64,000 nucleotides of DNA from Naegleria gruberi (Eukaryota). Within the stretch, counting starts at the first letter, position 1; each line of letters opens with the position of its first letter. Position numbers and translations under genes: made by a program. Where the stretch lies: the NCBI GenBank assembly GCA_000004985.1, contig GG738845.1; one strand, 5' to 3'. This document shows positions 1-10,686 of this stretch, in pieces. The notes under the pieces are model-generated. The model was not told the origin of the DNA and made no database searches. It saw only the letters and a list, made by a program, of their open reading frames with translations.

Positions 1-3000
1 ATTTGATGATTTTAAGAGCTTTTGTTTTGTTTTGCTTGGTATCAAATGCTTTAAATACTGACCCAAAGGCACCTTCTCCAATTTTAACTAAATCCTTATA
101 ACGAGAAAGTGGATTAAATGCATTTTGTGAGTCTGAACTCTTGATAGAGGAAAAACTCATGAGTGGTGTGAAATGTGCACTTTCTTGTGATGGGAAATCA
201 CTATGAGAGGGTATTGTTACTTCCTCAATTAGTTCAGTTTCCTCTGGTTGTTCTTGTTGGTGTAGGGTTTGTTTCTTCTTTTGTAACACCACCACAACAG
301 CAACCACTACAATGACCACAATAACAATTACCACCACAATAAATAAAGCGACTAGTATGCCAACAATTAGTCCAATAGTTGCTCCATCATCCACAGGAAT
401 ATTCTTATTGCCTTGACTTGATTTTGGTGATGCAGTAACGGAAATTGTTGGAGTTATTACAACGTTATTATCAATAACTGAAAAGGTTGTAAAATGTTTG
501 GTGGCACAAGTAATTTCATAGATATTTGCTGATTTTGACTTGATAATTGTTTGAATACCCAAGGTTGACCAAGTATTGGAGTTCGTATCATAGTAATTAC
601 ATGATAGATTAGAAGATTTTGTTTCAATATTATCAAAAACAATGTCTACTGTTTGATTTAGATTTGCAACTGAGACTTGTGCCAAGTTATCTATTTTTTG
701 GATTGAAAGACTTATTATTTTGCTTACAATATTCGAATCTGTCTTCTTAGTCGTTGATTTGAAAATAAAACATGATCTCTTGGAAGACAAATCCACTTGA
801 GAAGCAAAATTTGATGGGAATTTCACAGTAACATCTGAAATTTGATTTTGTTTTGAGTTAAGTTCTTGAGAGGAGAACAGGAATTGTTTTCTTACTGTGG
901 TTTCTCCATCAGTTGACTCCACAACATTTTGAGTTATTGAACCTGGGCCTGATAAAAGAATTTCAGTCATTTGAAGAGATGTTTTGAATTGATCAAATAA
1001 TATCAAATTCTGTGATTGACCAATTTCAACTAATTCATTCAACTCACTCAAATGAACTAAATCTATCATATAAGGAAGCGTCTTCTCACTATAATAAGGT
1101 AAATTACTTGTAATACTATTGACTGACCATGAGATCCATTCTTTCAACTCATCTAATTTATCTATTTTCTTATCAGAAAGGTATAAAAGTTTGTAAGTTT
1201 TGTGGAGTGGAGGAATGATGAGTGAAATTAGTTTATCATCCACATTGTAACCAACAGATCTAATGTCAGATAGAACTGATAAAATATCAATCAAGGTTGC
1301 TCTAACACTTGAAAGTGATGTCAGTTGGGATGATTGGGATTCCAAATAGGTCAACAAGAAATTCAATTCTTGTAACATTTCAAGACCTGAAGTTCTATTT
1401 CCTTTCATATAAGAATATTCGTCTTTGAAGTAATTCAACGGATCAGATGTTGGATTGGAAACACTTGTTAAATTTCTCATGAATTCTCCAACGTTTCCAT
1501 TTCTGCTTAAAACTTTCACCTTAATGGAAGAATTTGGAAGAATGGTAGAGAATTTCATGGCTACTTTCTTTTTCAATGTATTTGAAATGATGAATTTACG
1601 TTTCAAATCCATATTAAATTCCATAAGAATCATTAATCGATTCTCAATCATGTGATCACAAGAAATTGTTAAATAACTATTGGAAAGTAAATTAATATCA
1701 CAAGAAACTCTTGGTGAGCGTTCAGAGGTAAACGAGTAAGAGTTTGAAGCAACTACATCAACTCCATTCAGAGCTTGAATCTCGAAAATATAATTCTCCT
1801 CTTGATAGAACAAATCACCACTCATCCAGATGGAAGTTCTCAAATAATTATCACTTTGAGCTAAAATATTTGATTTAAGAGAATCACTCGATTGTAATCT
1901 TCCTTGACTAACCTTCCAGTTATAGTTTGAAAAGTTTCCAGTTATTTCTGCCTCTATGTAACATCCAGAATAGCTCAATGAATTCCAAGCTTTTGTAATC
2001 TTCACAGTGATTGGTTTTGATTTGGTTATTTCGAAGCGACCAACAACTGATCCACTTCCCAAATTATCATCTGAAGTACTAGCTTGAATTTGATAAACTC
2101 CAGGAGTAAGAGAACCTGCAGACAATTTAGCAATATTGGAATTTACACTGAATACCGATTGAGGAATTGTTGTTAATTTTGTGTCATTTTCAACCCTGAA
2201 AAGACTCCAATAGAAAGAAAGTTTTGAAAGTCTGAAGGAGGATTCGTTTTCAGCTGTAACCTCAATGGTGAAACTGTCATTTTGCGAATTCTTTGTGTCA
2301 ACCCCAACGAATGACAATTTAAGATCCACGCTTGTGAATGGTTTGTACTGGAGAGTGACAGTGATATCTCTGGAAGTGGTGGAGTCTTTGGCAGAACACA
2401 ACAAAGAAGCTTCACTCTCTTCCAAATTGGCATCTGAAAAGACTCTTATCATATGCTTATTCTTGAGAACATTGGTAAAGACATTTCCATATAAAGAAAT
2501 AGATTGGGATGGAGCAAAAGTTTCAATTTCTAGAATACATTCAAATCCAGAACATGAAATTATTCTAGTATCCAAAATATCATTGAAAAATTCAATGTTT
2601 GGACCTGTGGAGGTGATTTTCAAATCTAGTTTTGAACTTGATTTTGAATTGTTCATCCAGTTGTTGGTATTTAAAACTAAACTAATAGATGATGTCGATG
2701 ACAAATAGGTTTTTGGTATGATCAAAATATCTCTATTCAATCCAATAAATTCTCCAGTTGACCCACAAGTTGGACATGTCCATTTATAGTCAATTGATTT
2801 GGCAAACCTGTAATTGGAATCAATACTTGGTCTAACAATCAGATCAGAAGAAGAGGGAATAGTGGAATATAGTTTGGTTACCTTGATACTTGTGGAAGCG
2901 TAAGTTTTCGAATTGGATTTTGCTTCTTCCATACTAACATAAACTGAAATATTCGAATTTTTCAACTTGAGAATATCTCCAGTTTCTAAAATAAAGTTAT

Positions 3001-6000
3001 AACCTAAATAGATTGTTAAATTAGTGTTCCACACACAGATAGGTTGTTCGCCCAATTTCAATAGAGAAGTAGAATCAAATAAACTTTCACATTTTCCATT
3101 AAACATCTCAAAGGATTCATCCCTTGCAATAATGGTTTGAACTAGTGGCGCTAGAGTAATGGATTGATAATTCATACTGAAAACGTAATTTTCACATTCC
3201 TTTCCAATATATCCATTCTTACAAGTACATGTATGTGGACCTGAACAATTACCATTTCCAGAACAAACACCTGGATCAATTTCAACCTTTTGATAACACT
3301 TGAAATATTCGCATTTAGAACCAGCATATCCATTTGAACATTGGCAGACGTCCTTATCTACACATTGACCTTTCAAATTTGAACAAACACTTGCATTATT
3401 ACTATCGATTCCATAACAAGAAGTCAAGTTACAATTATTCCCAAACCATCCAGACTGACATCTACAATCATTAATGCCTACACATGTTCCCTTTCCATTA
3501 CAAACAGCAGTCTTATCAGAGGTTATTCCATAGCAATATGGATAATCACATCTCAAACCTCCGTATCCATCAGTACAGATACAATTTCCAGGACCATTAC
3601 AAGTACCATTATTGGAACATGCCTTTTTTCCATAACAATCGAATAATTCACATTGATTTCCATAGTAACCTTCAATACACGTGCAGTTATTGGGAATTCC
3701 ACAAACTCCATTACCACTACAGACACTTCTATTATTACTCATTATACCATAACAATATGTGATATTGCAATTACTTCCAGTCCAGGAATTTGCTGTACAA
3801 ACACAAGAGTTTGGAAGATCACAATATCCTTTTCCTGCACATACACCAGTTGAGTTTGCTTTAACTCCAAAACAAATTGGGATACATTCAGTTCTTTCTT
3901 GATTGAAATCATATCCATCCTCACAATAGGGCGTCAGTGATCTTATTGAATTATCTACTATATAATAAATCTTATTAGTTTCAAAGTCAGCTGTCAATTT
4001 TACAATTGAAGTACTAGCAATGGAATATCGTTCACCATTCTTTGGATATCTCCAAATATTATTTTCAGTGCTTGATATATAAACTATTGTATCACCGTTT
4101 GGCATAATTGCTAAATCCTTTGTCGAAGACTCTGTTTTATAGACAGTCTCAACATAATTATCACTTCTGAGAGTTCTTATGAGATTGTTGCCATTGTCTA
4201 TATAGTAAATTTGATCAGTCCCATTTGCAAAGGCAGCACCAACACAATAAAACATGTATGTTTCATTAAGCGGTTGTACTATTGGTAGATCTGGACCTTT
4301 TACAGTATATTGAGTACCAATTAATGAACTGGCTCTTCCTTTGTAAATTGTTTCTACAGTAGAATAGGCCCAAAAACTATGGATAAGCCTGTCATCAGAT
4401 GAAACTTTCAAATACTCAAGGGTATAATCAATATGTGTATGACGAGATGGTACATCTTCACCATATCCTATAAGTGTTCTTCTTCTTCCATCTGTGAGAT
4501 TGTGAAATGAAATTCCTTCGTTTTCCATAACAAGCAAATTACCATCTGGTAATAGAGCCAGATCCATTGGATAAATCATCTTTGCTTCTGTTGAGAGTAA
4601 GCCAGGAATTGGCTTCTTTCCATACAAATCAGAGTTTCCAGCAACAATGGTTATCTGATTATTCTCAAATTTCTTAACGAATCCATTAAAGTTATTTTCA
4701 GTTATATAAATAGCATCATTAATGACGATTGCCTTATTAGGGCAAGATAAACCACTTATTGGCAAAGTTGTGGTTGCACCTCCAATCACAGTTTGTTGAA
4801 TAGAATTTGCTTGACAATTTGCAACATAAATGGTATCATTGGCATGCACATATAAACCAGCTTTTGATGAAATTCCGCTCAAAACCGTTACCAAAGTGTT
4901 CGAAACTAGGTGCCTTAACCTTCCACCTTCAATAAACACGATACTTCCATTCGAAAGTACTCCAATAGCTGATGGCTCATTGATAGAACTCAAAGCTGGG
5001 ACAAATTCACCACTATATTCATTTTGACCATTACCAGCGATTGTGATTATTGTGCCATTAGTCAAAATTTTTCTAATTCTGTAATTCATACTGTCTGCTA
5101 TATAAATTTCATTATTTGAGGATAATGCAATTCCTTTCGAATAAATTGATGCCTCAGTAGCCAAAATACCATCTCCATTATTTCCTGAAACATAGTTTCC
5201 TGCAATTGTGTAATATCTTTGTTCACTCCAAACAAACTTTCGAATAACTTGGTTCATGGTATCAGAAACTAAGAAATCACCATTAGGATAAAGTGCAAAC
5301 GAAGGCGTTGAATAAATGGCATCACCAGCAACAATTTCTAAAGTTCCATTCTTGTGAACTTTGTAAATGTATCTACTATAGTGAAAATATAAGAGATCTC
5401 CATAAGCAGCAATTCGTTTAGGATAATCGAAGGAATATGTGCCGAATTTACAATCTGAAAGTTTAGATCCTTCTGAAACAATCTTACTTGAGTAAGGAGA
5501 GGATAATAAGTAAACATTTCCATCGGTTGCTATCTTTCTAATAGATTTTGAATCAGAGAAAAAAAGTTCTCTTGTTTTTGGATTATACACAACATCGAGT
5601 GGTGAATCTAAATTGGCTTTGCTAGGTTTCACACCATCTCCATAATAGGATGTACTTCCATCAGGAGCACCAACAACTTTAGAATAATTACCTTTCGAAA
5701 GTGAAACTTTTACAATTGCATTATTGGACGAATCTGCAATGTATAGCTCATCATTTTGGTTGATTGTTGCATAGTATGGATTTTTCAAGGAAAGAGAGCT
5801 ATTTTCATTGCCTGCAATTGTTGTGATAATACTAGTGTTCGAAATCAGACGAATCTTATTATTCCCCGCATCACAAATAACTAATTCATTCTTATAATTC
5901 ATGAAAACACACATTGGTGCAGTGAGTAAGGCATTAATCGCCAAACCTCCATCACCAATAAATCCAGAAGTCCCATTTCCTGCCATAGTAACGACACTTC

Positions 6001-6724
6001 CGTTTTGAAAAATCTTTCGAATACAATTATTTCCACTATCTGCAACATAGAGCTCACTTTCGTCTAAACTAAATGAAAGCCCTGAAGGTCTATTGAATAG
6101 AGCACTCAATCTTGTTTGATTATTGTCAAAACCACTCACACCATCTACACCAGCATAGTTATCAATAATTCCAGTGCTTGAATTAATTACTCTGATGACA
6201 TGCCTGTCAAAGTCGGTAAAGAAAATGTCACCTCTTTTGTTCATAATAATATCTAGTGGAGCAGAAAGGGTGGAATTAGTGGCAATTTGACCATTTCCAT
6301 AACCTCCTACCTGTCCATTACCTGCAATATTAATAACTTGTTTAGTTTCGAATATATATTTCTTAATCGTGTGAGTACCCAATTCTGTAAAGTAAATATC
6401 CATATTCTTATCCAGTAAAATTCTTGTAGGATTGACAATAGAAGGATTATCAAGTGAAGTAATAATACCATCGTTATCAATTATTCTAATCTTGGTATTA
6501 GAAGAATCTGCTATTGCCATGAAGAAAGGTTTCCTATTCTTGCCGCTGTCCCACATGGCAAATCCAGTTGGGAAATTCAACACAGACTTCTCAGCAGGTA
6601 CATTATCACCCAACAAATTTGTACCTACAACAAGTTCATTTCTATAAAGTATTCTAGCGGAAAGTGTTGTGTGTACAAGAATTGAAATTAGAACCAACAA
6701 AACTACCAGCACCGTTCGAAACAT
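1..6724 (-). CDS. Receptor-type protein kinase, N-terminal ~2240 aa. Domains in order: signal peptide, NHL-repeat beta-propeller, 6 EGF-like modules, large extracellular repeat region, single TM, start of kinase domain. Kinase C-terminus lies beyond the window start.
   Basis: Continuous minus-strand ORF from the ATG at 6724-6722 runs off the window start. It is absent from the ORF track because it has no stop in the window. Hand translation gives: signal peptide MFRTVLVVLLVLISILVHT; more than 12 NHL-type repeats (e.g. LSAPLDIIMNKRGDIFFTDFDRHVIRVI, FNRPSGLSFSLDESELYVADSGNNCIRKI, LTAPMCVFMNYKNELVICDAGNNKIRLI); six Cys-rich EGF-like modules of the form CxxxGxCxxxNxCxCxxGxxGxxC encoded at about 3900-3230; a hydrophobic TM segment IGLIVGILVALFIVVVIVIVVIVVVAVVVVL at about 370-290; then RYKDLVKIGEGAFGSVFKAF...KALKIIK, i.e. 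kinase subdomains I-II (GxGxxG and the VAIK lysine) at about 105-1. Confidence 0.75.
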   Translation of the reverse strand, partial: MFRTVLVVLLVLISILVHTTLSARILYRNELVVGTNLLGDNVPAEKSVLNFPTGFAMWDSGKNRKPFFMAIADSSNTKIRIIDNDGIITSLDNPSIVNPTRILLDKNMDIYFTELGTHTIKKYIFETKQVINIAGNGQVGGYGNGQIATNSTLSAPLDIIMNKRGDIFFTDFDRHVIRVINSSTGIIDNYAGVDGVSGFDNNQTRLSALFNRPSGLSFSLDESELYVADSGNNCIRKIFQNGSVVTMAGNGTSGFIGDGGLAINALLTAPMCVFMNYKNELVICDAGNNKIRLISNTSIITTIAGNENSSLSLKNPYYATINQNDELYIADSSNNAIVKVSLSKGNYSKVVGAPDGSTSYYGDGVKPSKANLDSPLDVVYNPKTRELFFSDSKSIRKIATDGNVYLLSSPYSSKIVSEGSKLSDCKFGTYSFDYPKRIAAYGDLLYFHYSRYIYKVHKNGTLEIVAGDAIYSTPSFALYPNGDFLVSDTMNQVIRKFVWSEQRYYTIAGNYVSGNNGDGILATEASIYSKGIALSSNNEIYIADSMNYRIRKILTNGTIITIAGNGQNEYSGEFVPALSSINEPSAIGVLSNGSIVFIEGGRLRHLVSNTLVTVLSGISSKAGLYVHANDTIYVANCQANSIQQTVIGGATTTLPISGLSCPNKAIVINDAIYITENNFNGFVKKFENNQITIVAGNSDLYGKKPIPGLLSTEAKMIYPMDLALLPDGNLLVMENEGISFHNLTDGRRRTLIGYGEDVPSRHTHIDYTLEYLKVSSDDRLIHSFWAYSTVETIYKGRASSLIGTQYTVKGPDLPIVQPLNETYMFYCVGAAFANGTDQIYYIDNGNNLIRTLRSDNYVETVYKTESSTKDLAIMPNGDTIVYISSTENNIWRYPKNGERYSIASTSIVKLTADFETNKIYYIVDNSIRSLTPYCEDGYDFNQERTECIPICFGVKANSTGVCAGKGYCDLPNSCVCTANSWTGSNCNITYCYGIMSNNRSVCSGNGVCGIPNNCTCIEGYYGNQCELFDCYGKKACSNNGTCNGPGNCICTDGYGGLRCDYPYCYGITSDKTAVCNGKGTCVGINDCRCQSGWFGNNCNLTSCYGIDSNNASVCSNLKGQCVDKDVCQCSNGYAGSKCEYFKCYQKVEIDPGVCSGNGNCSGPHTCTCKNGYIGKECENYVFSMNYQSITLAPLVQTIIARDESFEMFNGKCESLFDSTSLLKLGEQPICVWNTNLTIYLGYNFILETGDILKLKNSNISVYVSMEEAKSNSKTYASTSIKVTKLYSTIPSSSDLIVRPSIDSNYRFAKSIDYKWTCPTCGSTGEFIGLNRDILIIPKTYLSSTSSISLVLNTNNWMNNSKSSSKLDLKITSTGPNIEFFNDILDTRIISCSGFECILEIETFAPSQSISLYGNVFTNVLKNKHMIRVFSDANLEESEASLLCSAKDSTTSRDITVTLQYKPFTSVDLKLSFVGVDTKNSQNDSFTIEVTAENESSFRLSKLSFYWSLFRVENDTKLTTIPQSVFSVNSNIAKLSAGSLTPGVYQIQASTSDDNLGSGSVVGRFEITKSKPITVKITKAWNSLSYSGCYIEAEITGNFSNYNWKVSQGRLQSSDSLKSNILAQSDNYLRTSIWMSGDLFYQEENYIFEIQALNGVDVVASNSYSFTSERSPRVSCDINLLSNSYLTISCDHMIENRLMILMEFNMDLKRKFIISNTLKKKVAMKFSTILPNSSIKVKVLSRNGNVGEFMRNLTSVSNPTSDPLNYFKDEYSYMKGNRTSGLEMLQELNFLLTYLESQSSQLTSLSSVRATLIDILSVLSDIRSVGYNVDDKLISLIIPPLHKTYKLLYLSDKKIDKLDELKEWISWSVNSITSNLPYYSEKTLPYMIDLVHLSELNELVEIGQSQNLILFDQFKTSLQMTEILLSGPGSITQNVVESTDGETTVRKQFLFSSQELNSKQNQISDVTVKFPSNFASQVDLSSKRSCFIFKSTTKKTDSNIVSKIISLSIQKIDNLAQVSVANLNQTVDIVFDNIETKSSNLSCNYYDTNSNTWSTLGIQTIIKSKSANIYEITCATKHFTTFSVIDNNVVITPTISVTASPKSSQGNKNIPVDDGATIGLIVGILVALFIVVVIVIVVIVVVAVVVVLQKKKQTLHQQEQPEETELIEEVTIPSHSDFPSQESAHFTPLMSFSSIKSSDSQNAFNPLSRYKDLVKIGEGAFGSVFKAFDTKQNKTKALKIIK

Positions 6725-6779
6725 TTTTTGAATGAGTTGAAATGTACCACACCACCAATGTTTTTTTTTGTCTGTTGGC

Positions 6780-6793
6780 AAGACGGCCGTCTT
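6780..6793. promoter_or_regulatory. Perfect 14-bp GC-rich palindrome AAGACGGCCGTCTT, about 55 bp upstream of the receptor-kinase ATG, inside a 940-bp divergent intergenic region.
   Basis: Read directly from the sequence; the palindrome is self-complementary. It is GC-rich in an otherwise AT-rich spacer shared by divergently transcribed genes (6724 minus, 7665/7731 plus). Any regulatory function is inferred only. Confidence 0.3.
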
Positions 6794-7730
6794 CTTAGTT
6801 TGTCCTGATCTACCATTAGTTGATACTGAAAGCTCAACATGTCATGTGAGAAAACTTAATTGGAATTACAAAAAGGCATTTTAAACATAAATATAATTTG
6901 ATATGAGAGTTGACAGCAACACTGTTACAGATCTCTTCTTGCCAAGTCCAATATTAAATATTCTACATGAAATATTTATTGCTTACCTTTAGATGATTAC
7001 CATAGGATAATTGTGGTTAGATAGGTAATTTTATATCTCATCTTCCACCAATAGAAGATGGTACAGGGTATCAAGTAATACAGGTGAGGTACCAAGTATA
7101 TACCAAGTATTTAGTTGGATTGAAAAAGAATCCTCCATAGGAACCTATTGTCGATAAACTTGGTATAATAAACTTTACAATAACAGTTGCGCACCAGACT
7201 AGTCTTCATGATTACAATATGTTTGATTGAAATTTACACAAAAGCAATACAGTATCTGTTATTCTTATTGCTTTTGTTGAAAGCAAAGTAATTGTGTAAG
7301 AGTTAATAATCTTGACAGGAACTGCACCCACACAAAACAATCTTTGATAGCAGGTTGTAGTTTCTTCATCAACAACTGCTGTGCATCACGAAAACAACTG
7401 GGCTATTAGGCAGACTGTGAGGATAACAAATCCATTTACTGTGTTTATGGTAAAACCATTACCGTTCCTTATTTCATTTTAAAATTTGGTGTCCATCAAA
7501 GCAGATTCCAGTAGGCTCAGTATCATTCTACAGCTGAGAAAATAACTTTCAAAAACAGTAACATTCCTTCCTTTTCAAATATCCAAATACTGTAAACAGA
7601 TAAAAATGGACCATAGGTAAAGACCAGTAGCTTTCGCCCTTTCACAACCAAGTAACCAAGCAACATGTTCCACATATCTGTCGATGCACAGACGCACGGC
7701 TTATCTGTGAAAAACCAAACAAGAAAAAAG

Positions 7731-8843
7731 ATGCAATCTTCTACTTTAGCTATTCTTTTGCTTTTCTGTTTGGTTGGTTGTGTTACTTGCGCCAGTAATA
7801 CGACTGTAAGAGCTTACATCCTCGATATTCAATCAGAATATGAAAAGATAGACACTCTTGGGCAACGTCTCACAAAGGCGATTGATATGTTAAATTTTGC
7901 AAACATCAACTCGACCTTAATTCCTCAAATTGTTCAAACAAGAGCAGCTCAATTGAAAAAATTAACAACTGCTAGAAGCATGCTCGCTCTTGAAATGTCT
8001 GTATTGAGCAATCAATGTAATATGTTTGGAGGAGATGACTGCACCGTTCCTACATGTTCATATCATGGAAAATATATAAGTAATAATCAAACAGCTAAAT
8101 GTGTATGTGATCAAGATTGGACTGGGTTAAACTGTTCTGTTCCAATATGTTATTCCATTCCTGCAACAAACAGCTCTGTGTGCTCAGGCTCTGGTACATG
8201 CATCTCCAATAATACATGTCTCTATCCAACTCCATCAAACAACCTTGTTGTTGACACCATTAGAATGTATGCGAATGGAACTGTTGCAAGAAGTTGTAAA
8301 GAATATCTCTCAACATTTAATGAGAGTGGACTCTATTGGATCAAACCAGATAATAACTATCCAAGTTTTGTAGTTCATTGTGAGCAGAAATTCAATGGTG
8401 GAGGTTGGATTTTAATTTCATCAAGAAACAAATCAATTCCTCCAAAATATTCTGATGTTGTAAAGCCACTCAATGATGGTTCGTCAATGGCAGATGATAA
8501 ATGGGCCATTTTCAGAAATGCCAATCCTGACTTAATGTGGAAAGATTCAGATCGTGATGAGTATAGTGTAACAAATATTTTGGGATGGAAAAATGGAGCA
8601 AATTGTAAAGTATTAACAACAAAACTAACTGATCTGTTGCTTGCTCATAAGGAGAACACTGGCTGTACAATGTCAGGAAGTGATTATTGCTTGCTTGGTG
8701 ATACTAGATTCGGTATGACTCCTTGTGCATCATGTGAGGCAACATACACAGCACCAACTTTGATTTGGAAAGAGTGGAAGTTCAAAAGCTATTTTTGGAA
8801 TGATTCTCCTGAACTATCAAAAGCAGATATTTATTTAAGATAA
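7731..8843 (+). CDS. Secreted protein with coiled-coil-like N-terminal region, two tenascin-type EGF modules and a C-terminal fibrinogen-related (FReD-like) domain.
   Basis: The ORF is 7665-8843; the second ATG at 7731 gives a clean signal peptide MQSSTLAILLLFCLVGCVTCA. EGF-like region: CTVPTCSYHGKYISNNQTAKCVCDQDWTGLNCSVPICYS...CSGSGTCISNNTC. The segment SCKEYLSTFNESGLYWIKPDNNYPSFVVHCEQKFNGGGWILISSR matches the conserved N-terminal core of fibrinogen C-terminal domains (C..SG.Y.I.P....F.V.CD....GGGW..IQ.R; compare tenascin-C [47 protein letters not shown]). The rest of the domain is divergent. Confidence 0.65.
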   Translation: MQSSTLAILLLFCLVGCVTCASNTTVRAYILDIQSEYEKIDTLGQRLTKAIDMLNFANINSTLIPQIVQTRAAQLKKLTTARSMLALEMSVLSNQCNMFGGDDCTVPTCSYHGKYISNNQTAKCVCDQDWTGLNCSVPICYSIPATNSSVCSGSGTCISNNTCLYPTPSNNLVVDTIRMYANGTVARSCKEYLSTFNESGLYWIKPDNNYPSFVVHCEQKFNGGGWILISSRNKSIPPKYSDVVKPLNDGSSMADDKWAIFRNANPDLMWKDSDRDEYSVTNILGWKNGANCKVLTTKLTDLLLAHKENTGCTMSGSDYCLLGDTRFGMTPCASCEATYTAPTLIWKEWKFKSYFWNDSPELSKADIYLR

Positions 8844-8972
8844 ATATTTTTGACATTGTATTGCAAAACTTAATTCTACCTCTACGATTCAACCCCAAGA
8901 ATCAGATACAGATGTATTGAAAGAAAATTCAGATCTTTTTATTTTTGTGCTTTGTGAGATTTTAATTTGAAT

Positions 8973-9503
8973 TTAGTTTTCATAAATGAATATCTTATTT
9001 GCCATTACAGACATATTTGGTCTCTTTTCAAGTTTTTCCAATAAGTCTTTCCAATCTCTGCATTCAATTTGCCCACCATTTCTTTCAATATTCTTGAATT
9101 GTTCCACCAATACTTTTGCTGCCTTTTTCAATAAGGTCATCTCAAAGTTTGGAATGAAATTTAATACAAATGGATTAATTTTAACAATTTTCTCTAATTC
9201 TTCTTCAGAGTTAACCTTTTTCTCAATAATTTTAATGCAACATGCTCTCTTCGCCACCAATCCAATCTCAAATTCATCCAAATTTTGAATAAGAGTTTTT
9301 AAACCATAACTGTAATATTTGTAATTCATTCCATTCACTAAGACTGCCTTCATCAGGAATTGATTATCCGTTCGAAATTTATCAGGTAATTCATTAATCA
9401 CATAATCATCCATTTCCACTGCTTTCAAAACAACATCTTCATCATTTTCCCATGGTTCAATCCAATTGATCCAGTTTTTCAATTGTTTCAATAAAATATC
9501 CAT
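8973..9503 (-). CDS. Hypothetical protein (~176 aa), acidic/coiled, no recognised domain.
   Basis: ORF track 8973-9506. The first M is TTG; the in-frame ATG is at 9503-9501. No motif recognised. Confidence 0.4.
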   Translation of the reverse strand: MDILLKQLKNWINWIEPWENDEDVVLKAVEMDDYVINELPDKFRTDNQFLMKAVLVNGMNYKYYSYGLKTLIQNLDEFEIGLVAKRACCIKIIEKKVNSEEELEKIVKINPFVLNFIPNFEMTLLKKAAKVLVEQFKNIERNGGQIECRDWKDLLEKLEKRPNMSVMANKIFIYEN

Positions 9504-9937
9504 CAAAATCTTTTCTACTTTTACTCTTCTTATCGGTGAAACCCTTCTCCCAAAAATCTTGTCGTTTTAACAACCATTTCGGAATTTTTTATCAAGAGGA
9601 AAATTAATATTTTCCTTTATTTTGAATGATAATAAATTGCTTTAAATTTTGCTATCTTTGCTTGTTTTTGGATGTGATAGAAGTTAGGGATATTCCGATA
9701 ACTAATTTCAACCATGATCGTCAAATTTCTTCCTTTTTTGATCTCCAAAATAAAGGTAAATATTTTGGCGCCAACCTACCAATATAGATTACCTTCCATA
9801 TTTAACTTTGTAATTTATTGACAACTCCGTGGCAGATGATTGGACGACTATTGACGATTCTTATCATAATCCCCACAAACATGAATCCATATAAATAGTG
9901 CTCATCTCTTCAACTTTAATATTAACTGTTAAAAAAA

Positions 9938-10663
9938 ATGAAACAATTTAATCAAGTCACCATTCAACTTGTCATTGCAACAATAATTATTAGCTTTGTA
10001 ATTACTTGTTCATCATCCTATTCAACTCCACGTACCAAACCCTATGAAAACACACTTCCTTTTCAATTATTGAAAATACAAGAATTATCATCTAGTCAAC
10101 CATCCACTTTACAACGTAACATTAACATTCAATCCAAAGATTTAACCTATCCAATATGGCCACTACAATTCAATGCTACACTACTAAAAATCACACCATT
10201 CAACACAGATATTCAATGGACCAAACTATACTATGATTATAAGAATCAATTAGGTCGATTTGATTTCTTTGATTCCTATTATAGTATGAATAATGAATGG
10301 GGAAGTACAAACTTTACTATTTTATGGTGGAATTCAACTGTTTGGTATATCTATCCAAAATCTAATGAATGTTGGATTAGATCCAAAACTTTACCTTTAA
10401 TTTCACCTCATTGGTTACAAATGACTCATTATATTGGAAGAAGTTTATTCAGGGGATTATATTCTGATTGTTGGGAATTTCCAAATGTTGATGAATTGGA
10501 TGGAATGAAATATTATCATCGTGTTGCAGATAAAATGGAAGATAGAATTCCATTACGTTCCACTAATCAAGCTAATGATCCAGGTGCAACTGATTATGTT
10601 GATTTTGTTATTGGTCAATCTGATTTATCTTTATATACTGTTCCAAAATATTGTCCAAAATAA
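9938..10663 (+). CDS. Secreted hypothetical protein (241 aa), Trp/Tyr-rich.
   Basis: ATG at 9938 preceded by an A-run. N-terminal signal peptide MKQFNQVTIQLVIATIIISFVITCSS. No recognised domain. Confidence 0.5.
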   Translation: MKQFNQVTIQLVIATIIISFVITCSSSYSTPRTKPYENTLPFQLLKIQELSSSQPSTLQRNINIQSKDLTYPIWPLQFNATLLKITPFNTDIQWTKLYYDYKNQLGRFDFFDSYYSMNNEWGSTNFTILWWNSTVWYIYPKSNECWIRSKTLPLISPHWLQMTHYIGRSLFRGLYSDCWEFPNVDELDGMKYYHRVADKMEDRIPLRSTNQANDPGATDYVDFVIGQSDLSLYTVPKYCPK

Positions 10664-10686
10664 ATATCCATTCCAATTTTTAATGT

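Noticed and set aside
2173-5523. Short ORFs on both strands inside the receptor-kinase CDS (e.g. 2265-2708 plus, 2173-2433 minus, 3484-3924, 4830-5027, 5338-5523).
   Set aside because: All lie within or antisense to the single long minus-strand frame that carries the recognisable NHL, EGF and kinase motifs. They are low-complexity in composition and contain no motifs.
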